From a virus (lineage: Duplodnaviria > Caudoviricetes), in the IMG/VR virus record IMGVR_UViG_2883843030_000002, positions 16,370 through 80,369 of that record: DNA of 64,000 bases; one strand, given 5' to 3'. The translations under genes were made by a program, and so were the position numbers. Of the stretch, positions 1 through 9,000 are shown in pieces (the first letter of the stretch is position 1; each line of letters opens with the position of its first letter). Under the pieces are notes generated by a model. It searched no databases. It saw only the letters and a program-made list of their open reading frames with translations, and was not told the origin of the DNA.

Positions 1-303
1 TACGACCGCTCCGGTATGGACTTTTCCTACGAGTTCATCTTTGAACGCTGGGGAGGCGGCTACGAAAACAATGGAGCCACAAATCAGGAAAGCGAGATAC
101 TGGATGTTTTCCGGAGTAACTCGTAAGAGTGGCACCCATGCCAATGCCGCGCAGAGTGCAATCACGGCGGGGAAAAGGAATTTCGATTCTGTGTGGTAGT
201 ATGTCACGCTGATAGAGGTTGGTAGTCCTCTTGAGATAACATATGCAATCAGGTATATGACGATGATTGCGAAAGAAATAATTGCGAGTATTGTTTCAGT
301 CAT
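1..303 (-). CDS. Phage multi-pass membrane protein (3' end truncated by window)
   Basis: Read by hand: ATG at 303, MTETILAIISFAIIVIYLIAYVISRGLPTSISVTYYH..., open to the window edge; hydrophobic. Confidence 0.75.
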   Translation of the reverse strand, partial: MTETILAIISFAIIVIYLIAYVISRGLPTSISVTYYHTESKFLFPAVIALCAALAWVPLLRVTPENIQYLAFLICGSIVFVAASPAFKDELVGKVHTGAVV

Positions 304-341
304 AACGATTGGTGTTAAGGCAGCCTGCGGCCGCTGTGATT

Positions 342-659
342 TTAATAAAGGAGTTTGATGGCAATGTCGTACCAAGTGTAGTAGTTTGCGAGGAACGCAA
401 CAACCGATCCGCCGAGACAGCCCACCTGGTCCCATGCAAGGTCCCAAATACAGAAATGGTTTCCCTTCTTCTTGCTATCCTTTATCTCTTTCCAAATACC
501 GAAGGCAAGAGCCACGGCATAGGCGATGCCAGCCGCTATCCATGCTGATGGAAAGTGCATGAATGATACAAGCACACCAATGATGGTGGCGATAACGAAT
601 TCACAGAAGACGTGGAGCTTCTTATCGGCACCAGTCTTGTCATTACAAATCTTTGTCAT
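342..659 (-). CDS. Small phage membrane protein (DKxxH...KE..D motif)
   Basis: ORF 342..731; likely start MTKICNDK at 659, after the upstream stop; three hydrophobic segments. Confidence 0.7.
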   Translation of the reverse strand: MTKICNDKTGADKKLHVFCEFVIATIIGVLVSFMHFPSAWIAAGIAYAVALAFGIWKEIKDSKKKGNHFCIWDLAWDQVGCLGGSVVAFLANYYTWYDIAIKLLY

Positions 660-676
660 ATAGGCGTATTTAGTAT

Positions 677-1174
677 TTATTGACTTTCCGAGTATTCCTC
701 CATGCTGCCGAGAGCCTGGATAGCCATCCATTCCTCTTTACTAACTTGCGCACGATGGGCGGCGATACCTGCTGACACCGCTCCGAGTTCTTCAAAACTA
801 GTGAATGAATGTATCTGCGGAGTACCGTCAGGCTTGCTTCCAAGATTTACCTCTACCGGGAACTGCATAATGCCTCCCTGGATAGCAACGAGCATACCAG
901 TTAGGTCTGTTTTCAGAGCTTCGGAGTATTCCACGGTCATGCCGCCCCATTGGTAGCCGTAACGAAGTTTAAAGTCGCTCTCAGCTTTGATCTCTGCTAC
1001 AATGTCAGCCTTGATTTCGTCAAGTGTCGGCCGATGGTCGTAGGTCTGATACCAATTGTAGCCGGTTTCGTCGTCTTCGGAGTCTTTGCCGAAACCATAG
1101 AAAACAGCCCACTTCTTTGTGCCTATTTTCTCCAGGCCATTCTGCGGGCCTGACGCGCCGTATCTTTTTTCCAT
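677..1174 (-). CDS. DUF4376-like phage protein, possible tail fibre assembly chaperone, downstream of the DGR RT
   Basis: 165 aa; HRPTLDEIK...GYQWGG...FPVEVNLGS resembles the protein I recall following Bacteroides phage DGR RTs. Confidence 0.55.
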   Translation of the reverse strand: MEKRYGASGPQNGLEKIGTKKWAVFYGFGKDSEDDETGYNWYQTYDHRPTLDEIKADIVAEIKAESDFKLRYGYQWGGMTVEYSEALKTDLTGMLVAIQGGIMQFPVEVNLGSKPDGTPQIHSFTSFEELGAVSAGIAAHRAQVSKEEWMAIQALGSMEEYSESQ

Positions 1175-1184
1175 ATTAGAAGTA

Positions 1185-2663
1185 TTATGAGAATGAATAA
1201 ATTCTTAGTGCGCCGGTGCCCTGCTTCTGCACGATTGTTGTCTCTACCGTACCAGGGAGAAGCCCACGTTCTTTCATCTGGTCGAGTAAAGACTTCATTT
1301 CTTCGCTGTCTGTGAAGAATTTATACTCTGTTACATCACCTACAAAGTGGAACAGCACGACATATCGGGATTCTCCCCAACGTGTCTTGATGTCTTTCTC
1401 GTAGTCCAGAAGTTCGATAGGTCTGTTGGTTATCAAGCCAAGCGACATGTGCTGGCAATTGAACCGCTTCTTGCCGTCTGCTGGAGTATATTTCAACCCT
1501 AATTCGCTGAATTTTGCCATATGTTGTCCTGTTAATTTGAAGTATAGATGTTTGCAATCGGCATGGCAGGCCATGCCCTTGAATGAGCCTATGATCTGCT
1601 GTCGCCGCTTTCGGGATTTTACTCGATGTAATGCTCTTGCCGCTTTAACTTTTATTCTTTTTCGGATGAGCGAATAGATTTCTCCAGTTTCTGCATCATA
1701 GAATGTTCTATAGCCGAGAAAATCTACCCCCTCTGTAATGGGGCGTATAGCAAAAGAAACTTTAATAGTCAGTTTGAGGTTTTTTGCCTCAGCAACAAGG
1801 ACTTCATATATTGCCCAGGCTTCTTTCTTATCATGTGCAAAGAATACGATGTCATCGCAATATCTGTAATAATGAAATCGAATAATCTTGTCGCCCTTAC
1901 CAATTATTAACCCCTCGCCGGAATATACCGGAGCCTCAAGCTCTTCGAGATAATGGCATCTGACAACGCCACACATTTTTTTATCGAGCTTGCTGAGGAA
2001 TAGATTAGCAAAGCACTGTGATGAGCGTAGCCCTTTAGATAGCCCTTTTGGCATCACGCAAATAAGATTGTCAATCATCGGCAGTACCAGCGGGTCGCTG
2101 ATATATTCTCTAGCGCACTCCATCATTAAGATTTGGTCTATCGAATCATAGAACCCCTGGAAATCACTCTGTCCGAAGAACATCATATTCTCGATGTCGG
2201 CCCGCAGGTCGTTCACCATTACATGATGGAGCCAGTGCATACCACGCCCTTTGATGCTTGCGGCAGTATTGTGGATGAGCGTAGGATATACATGGCTTTC
2301 AACGGGCCGCATAATTGCCTGTATCCCTATACGCTTGAATACGGGTGGTGCATGAACAATCCTTGCTTTTGGACCGTCCGTAACCTTCATTTCCCGTAGT
2401 TCTTCCCGGTAGATTCTAAAAGACCCATCGCCAAGTTGTTTTTCGAGGAGATTAAGAAACTCTGACTTTTTGGGCCAAAAGTGTTCACGCTGATGTTTGT
2501 TTTCAAGATGACTTACTAAGTAATCGAAACTTTCGGACAGATTATTTGGGTCGATAATCTCGCCGATGAGGTTATCGAGAGGGAATACGTCTGAGTTCGC
2601 CCCGATTATCTGCCGGGACGGTAACTCCACATCCATGAACGGTATTTCTACAATCTTATCCAT
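1185..2663 (-). CDS. DGR reverse transcriptase with fused C-terminal domain
   Basis: YRYCDD catalytic motif, KGLRSSQ (DGR GxxxSQ motif), SIKGRG, DFQGFYDSI, GVDFLGY; frame open to 2807 but likely start ATG 2663 (MDKIVE); adjacent to TR. Confidence 0.95.
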   Translation of the reverse strand: MDKIVEIPFMDVELPSRQIIGANSDVFPLDNLIGEIIDPNNLSESFDYLVSHLENKHQREHFWPKKSEFLNLLEKQLGDGSFRIYREELREMKVTDGPKARIVHAPPVFKRIGIQAIMRPVESHVYPTLIHNTAASIKGRGMHWLHHVMVNDLRADIENMMFFGQSDFQGFYDSIDQILMMECAREYISDPLVLPMIDNLICVMPKGLSKGLRSSQCFANLFLSKLDKKMCGVVRCHYLEELEAPVYSGEGLIIGKGDKIIRFHYYRYCDDIVFFAHDKKEAWAIYEVLVAEAKNLKLTIKVSFAIRPITEGVDFLGYRTFYDAETGEIYSLIRKRIKVKAARALHRVKSRKRRQQIIGSFKGMACHADCKHLYFKLTGQHMAKFSELGLKYTPADGKKRFNCQHMSLGLITNRPIELLDYEKDIKTRWGESRYVVLFHFVGDVTEYKFFTDSEEMKSLLDQMKERGLLPGTVETTIVQKQGTGALRIYSFS

Positions 2664-2816
2664 TATTAAAGCCTTCAGGACTCCTGTGATGTTTCCGCTT
2701 TCCAGACTTTCGTCTGCTGTTGCCGAGGCTCGTATCCCTCGCAGAAATGCAATGACGGACACGCCGCCGAGCAGGGTCTTACGATTCTGTTGACGGTGAG
2801 GGAGCACCGTTTTATC

Positions 2817-2934
2817 CTTAATGTGAGCCGAGAGCTGTTGTTCGTGTTCGAGTTCGAAGAAGCGTTATTCGCGTTCGAGTAGACGAGACCGCCATTCGCG
2901 TTCGCATTGTTGTTCGACCGACCGACGCACCGGC
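2817..2934 (-). repeat. DGR template repeat (TR)
   Basis: 118 bp matching 3103-3220; all 15 mismatches are at A of the minus strand; 12 AAC/AAT codons in the VR reading frame. Confidence 0.97.
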
Positions 2935-3012
2935 TTTGGGATACTCTACCTTTTTTGAAAGTTTCTTTTCCTTGTTATCTCTTGGGGTTATGAGTTTGAC
3001 AATATGCAATGG

Positions 3013-3048
3013 GCTTCGGCCTCGGGCTTTGTTGCCCGAAACCGAAGC
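3013..3048. other. GC-rich hairpin between the target stop and TR (DGR target-recognition hairpin or terminator)
   Basis: gcttcggcctcgggc-tttgtt-gcccgaaaccgaagc, 15-bp stem with 2 mismatches. Confidence 0.6.
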
Positions 3049-3059
3049 GACGCTTTTCG

Positions 3060-6000
3060 TTATGCCGCGCTCTCCGCAGATTCAACTATTTCGAAATTTC
3101 CGCTGAAGGCGAGCCGAGAGCTGACGCTCGTGCTCGAGCTCGAAGAAGCGTAATACGCGCTCGAGAAGACGAGACCGCCATTCGCGTTCGCACTGTAGTA
3201 CGACCGACCGACGCACCGGCCCCTATCATTAGTATAATAGTATCCGTCAGAATAGTTCTTATTCCACTTGCTGTTGTCGGTAGTCACTCGCGAGGCGATT
3301 ATGTCGCAGTATCTGCCAAATTTAACACGACCGATGCAGTATCCAGAGGTGTTTAAGCCTTGGATAACGCTTTCCTCTTTCGTCTGATAGTTGCGGACAA
3401 CATGGTACTTTGCATCAAGCGGGTATGATGATGTCGCAATACGCTTGTCTTTCTTGTACTGAGCGAATGAGGGCACATTGGCGGCAATGAAGTCCATGAC
3501 CTCCCAGTTGCAGCCGACAAAGTTCTGTATACCGAATATAATGTTGCCGATGTTTGAACCGGAATATTTTCTTGTAACCTTTCCATAGCTGTTGAAATTA
3601 TTCTGTCCGGTAACGTACTGTGAGCCACAACCATATCCAGCGTAAGCCTGAATGTCGCGGGTTCCAGTCAACGCCATCACAAGGTTGGCGATGTCCTTGC
3701 TTATCTCATAGCTGATACCGTGGAAACCCTTGCCGCGCATTTCGATAAGATTTAGTATGTCGGCATAGGTATAGTTCATAGTAGAGGTGGGAACAGAAGT
3801 ATTCGTGATGTTGCCCTCGTTGTCGTACTTCCAATCGGCATTTGTTACCGATGTGCCGGTACCTGTGCGAGTTTTTACGCCACTGATTGAACGAGGTCGC
3901 ATAAGAGCGTCAACACTCATGCCGTAGATGCCGACGAAACGCATAGGCACCCATACCCAGTCTGGTTCGATGGCCTCGATAGCGGCACTGTCAACTGCAA
4001 TAGCTTCAAGGTTATCAAAGCCAGTAGGCGATGTGAACACAATCTTCTTGGCACCGCTTGGCACATCGCAGAACACATAATCACCGATTGAGAAATCGAA
4101 TAGTGAATGACTTACGGCCATATTGAATGTACCTACCACTTTGTCGTTTTCGTCTACGAACACCGCGCCAATTTGTGCGTTGTTGAGCCCGGGCCAGCGA
4201 ACCTGCTTCATGCCTTCAACTTCGAGTTCATAGACATTCATGTTGGCGTTATCGACTATCTCGTAGTCTTCGCCCTTTGAGAGTGCCGTCCCGTTATTGG
4301 ATGTATAGACACAAGAGTACGCCTTCACAAGAATATCAGCCAGTTTCTTTCGATTGGTTTTCATTGCCGTGGAGAGTGGCAGAGAGGCGAAACTGCAAGC
4401 AAACAGATATTTTTTCTGATTCTTGAAGTCATTAACGCCTTTATACCAATATAGGCCGAAACCGAGCATCACATCAAAGCCCTCGCCTGCTTGGTCTGTC
4501 GGATCATACTCGGTGCCGTTTGCCATCAGATTGTAGTTGGTATCCATAATCTGACGTGCGAGCAGCTTGGACTCTCGGGAATCGTAGGTGCATCGGTACG
4601 GGTGGGCTGCATCGAATATCTTGACAAAGTGACCGCTTGGCTCATAGTCTTCCTTACTTGTGCCGTTATCGAGATTCGTGATATTCTGACAGTCGTCGTC
4701 GGTATCATCGAAACGGACGCACGAATACTGCGAGTTAAAAAGGGTTAATTGCGGGAAGTATGCTGCAAGGCTGTTAGGCTTGGTTTTGTCAAGTTCGGTG
4801 TCATCAATGAGGTCTTCCATAATCCAACGACCCGTTACGCCAGAACACTGATTGCTTTCCTCATAGGCACTCCCCGTGGGGTCGAGACCTATAGCACCGC
4901 TTGCGCGGAGAGATTTTAGGATAGATGAGGGAGCCGTAATATTCACGTCCGGCAAACGGAGGTAACGGAGGTTAGACGAACCTACGATGCCGCTGATGAG
5001 TGTGTACGGGTCAACATTCGGACAGCCGGCTAGCATGAGGCGGTTAACACTTGACATGCCTGCGATTGTCAAACCTCCGGGATATGTGAGATTCGGCAGG
5101 TTGATAAAGTTTAACTCCGTCATAGTTGCTGGCAACTCCAAAGTGCTTATCGGAGAGGTTTCGGCAGTGCTGATGTTTGTCAGTTCCGAACCTGATGCAA
5201 GCACACTTTCCAGTCGAGGACATTTTGCGGCGTTGATAGATGCCACTTCAGTAGTTCTTACATCGAGGTGAGTGAGGAACGGTAGGTCGCCGAGATTCAT
5301 GTTGGTGAGGAATCCGGTGTTGCCTGGAGATAGTCTCCAGGACTGACGGTGGTTGGTCGAGCCGATAACGATTTTCTCTGCCAGTTTCATCTGCGAGAAC
5401 TGGAAGTTCGGGTCCAAGGAGATTTGCGAGAGGTCAATTTCGCTCATCTGGTCGGCCTGATAGATATAGAGAAGAATATTATCGCCGTGCTGGAAGTTGG
5501 TGAAAGTGCCCTGCTCGCCGGCCTTGAGGTACATGCCCTGCGTTACGTTGCCACCATCGTTACCAATACCAAAGTAGCCGGACTTGGCGGCACGGAAACG
5601 AATTACAGCTCCTGTCTTGGCTCCGATACGACCACCAAGTACGTGGCTTGCATCCTTGAAGTCACCGGTTTGGTAATAACCATCGCGGATGCGCCAACGT
5701 TGCTCAATAAATCGGGGGAGCGACTGACGGCCGGAACCATGGAGTGCGTAATAATAGATATCTGTGTATAGCTCAGAATACTTGATGTATTTGCGCTCAC
5801 AGTCGAACGTACAAACTACCTTGGGCCAGAAAGCAATTCGCTTCTGCACGAAGTAATAGTTCGCGCCTTTAGGCGAGAATGGGCCAGCACCGATACCGTC
5901 GACCTCAGGAAGATTACGCATGAGGTCCACAACACCGGGAAGAGTGAGGGTACCGCCCATAGCATTTGCAACCATTTCCTGATTGTCGCAGCGACGGAGA

Positions 6001-9000
6001 TTGTTCCATAAGATAGAGCCACGGCCGGCGTAGCACTTGTCGTCTTCAGCAGGATCGAGCTCAGCAGGAATTGTGTTACCGCCATCGTTATCTTTACCGT
6101 TGCATGTATCACAGTCGTAAACCTTATTGAAGTACATGCGTATGGGCTCCATCGCCGATGGGGAATGGTATTCTCCATTCTCCACCCAGCAGCCATCTTC
6201 GAGGAAGAACATGGGCTGCATGTTTTTGGCTTGCTGGTCCACAGCGGCGAGATAGTCGGTGAATGTGTAGTAAGCCAGAAGCGACTGAATGCTCATATAA
6301 CGCCATGCGTTATCCCTCCACAACTGTTTCCATGTTGCAGAGAGTGCGGCCTTGGAATAGTCGCAAGAATCACAGAACTTGAGTACATTGAACAGCTCAT
6401 ATGGAACCTTGCGGCCCATTGCGAGGTCTTCCTGCAGTTGGTCGTCGTCAATCATGCACTCGAAATACTGCGTCCATGCCGGGTATGACTGCTGTCCGAG
6501 GCTGAGTTTTGACACCCATGATGACTGCGTTTCGACGGGTGCCATCATATCGTCGATTGATCCGACGCCCATAAACCAGTCCATAGCATCGTATGTGATA
6601 AGCTCATAGCCAGACACTGGATTGAGGACATCTCCGATAATCTGCCACTTGCCGTTGACCTGCTTCATAGAGCCGGTACAGCGGGCCCATTCGCCACCGC
6701 TGTGGCGCATGAAGATGTAGTCACGTCCACAATACTGCGAAAGCAGATATAGCTTGCTCGTATCAAGTCCTTCGGTGGTTTTGAAACGAGCCATAATCTC
6801 CGTGAGTGTTTCCTGGCTTTGGAACTTGCCGGCGGAATTGAAAGTTGCCTTGCCGAAGAATTCAACAAAGTCGCCATAGTTGCGACAGCCTTTGTTGTAG
6901 CCTGATGTGTCTTTGAAACCGAGTGCCACCTGCTCACCCTTGTCTTCTTTCCAGTTGCCACGGGCATGGAACCAGGCATCACTAAGTGAATCGTTGGTTG
7001 CACGGAAAGCGGCAATTGGGTGGTTGGCAGTCGAGTGATTCATTTGCAAGCCGGTTACAGATATACCGCTCTTACTCCACGTGCCGTCGAAGGCCCTCTG
7101 CGCTGGGGTGATATAATCGCTTCCGAGGGCACGGAAAGTGGCATTCATCATATCACACACGCCGCAGTCGTTCGCCATGGATGAATCGGAGTAGTCGACC
7201 TTAACTGTGAGGATAGCTACTGGTATAGAGTTCTCGATCACACGCACATATCCGATGCTGAACAGTTCGTACGTCTTGAGTGCATCAGCATTGGTGTAGT
7301 CGGGATTGAGTGCGGTAATCTTCCAGTTCTTTTCTTTGCAGAGATAGAAGCGGTCGTTTTTGATAGGACGCTTGGCTGAGGTAGTACCCTGACGACGCCA
7401 ACGCACGTTTTCTGCCTTGAAGGACCTCCACGGCAAAGTTGGGTGGAAGTAATAAAGCGTACACAAGAAATTTGTCTTGGTGTCGATATCCGAGTCAAAG
7501 CTGTCGAATGTAGCTTGGGGGGCTACTACAACGTAGTAAGGGAAACCTTTCTCCTTGAGCAGATCCATCGAGGGGCGGTTCTGATTATCGAGGACATTCT
7601 CTGCGTCAAACTCGGCAATCATAGCATTGGTGTCCGTGAGCTTGCAAAGATAGTTTTGGAATGCCTGAGCCCACTCGTAATAGCTATCGTATGCAAGTGT
7701 ATAGTAGAGGTAAAAGTCTCCGTCTGTGCCGTCGAATGAAATCTGCTTTTGGTTGAGAATCGCGCCGGAATTGGAAACATAGCCAATAGCACCGATTTCT
7801 TCACCGTCGACATATAGTTTGATGGTGGAGTAATCAGTGGAGCCACGATTGACGGTTATTGTGGACGGTTCCACAACAATTCCTACTGTAACTTTTTCAC
7901 TGCATCGGAATGAGCGTGTAATCTGCGAGGGCGTACCGTTCTTGCAGCACACCACAATCTTGTTACCGCAGATATAGAAGCCAGCACCAGAGTTAGGATC
8001 GTAGCACTCCATGAGCTTCGCGTCTTCATCCTTAACGTTATTTGTTGCAAAGGCAAACTGGAACGCCATACCATTTGTGCGTTCAGTGGCAGCCGAGCCA
8101 AACGGGGCGTAAGGGATACGGGCTTTGACATTTTCGGCAATACGCAGGCAGTTCTCGTTGAGGTAGGTTGCAAAACCATTCGACGACCAGTTAGCCCCAA
8201 TAACGTCCATAGTATAACCGTTATTGGTAATTGTGTGATCGGCCTCAGAATTCGAACGGCTGGCAAAGTCGTATCCAAAGAGTGCTCCTTCCTTAATGAT
8301 GGCAGAAATAGCAGATCCTACTACGCGCACCGATATAGGACTGGTTTGGCTGGCTCCGCTCTTCGCATAGAATTGTATTATTGTGGAGCCGTCGGTATCG
8401 TAGCCCTGAATCTGCTTGCGTATTGGATAAGTCTGGGAAATGTAGCAATCGTTGGAGATAATTTCCTCTCCGTTCATGTATACTTCTACTGTTGTGGGCT
8501 CCTTACCAGGCGTGTATGCTGCAATCTCCAGTTCGAGATTATCATACAGTCGGACAATGCCATTGTTAACATCGTTGTAACGGAGTGCCACAATGGGTAC
8601 GTTAGACTTTGAGTCAACGCACATTATTGTAGAGTAAATTGTGTTTCCTTTAACGCCCGACGCAACATCCTCGCCGGATATGCGAATTGGATAGGAGCCG
8701 TGCTCAAGACGCTCTCCGCCTCCGAGCACATTGCAAGGATCAATCGAGATTGAGTGCGAATAGCTATCTGTGATGGTCGCCTCGCCGAGTTTCTTCCATT
8801 CGCCGTCAAGATATATCTCGGTCATGACTTTCACACCTTGCTTCGATACGTTATTGGCGAACTTATACATCAGCAGGTTTTTAGACGAGCCGCCTACTTC
8901 TAGTACCGAGCTTGAGGTATAGTTGATAGTCTGCACGGAAGTACAAGTTACATCGACGGCTGTTACCGTAACGGTACGACGCTTCACGTTGCCCTCTGCA

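Larger units (their letters stand above)
1185..3220 (-). mobile_element. Diversity-generating retroelement cassette (VR - hairpin - TR - spacer - RT)
   Basis: VR/TR pair with adenine-only differences adjacent to a DGR-type RT. Confidence 0.95.

Noticed and set aside
1185-2663. RT as a group II intron, retron or Abi RT
   Set aside because: GxxxSQ motif and the adjacent adenine-specific TR/VR pair identify it as a DGR RT; no intron maturase/endonuclease or msr-msd features seen
2664-2807. N-terminal 48 aa of the 540-aa RT ORF
   Set aside because: Non-ATG start and no RT-like sequence; more likely the non-coding TR spacer, with ATG 2663 as the start
2818-3009. 63-aa ORF between target and RT as a possible avd
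   Set aside because: It is an out-of-frame reading of TR (RTRT repeats), too short and not Avd-like
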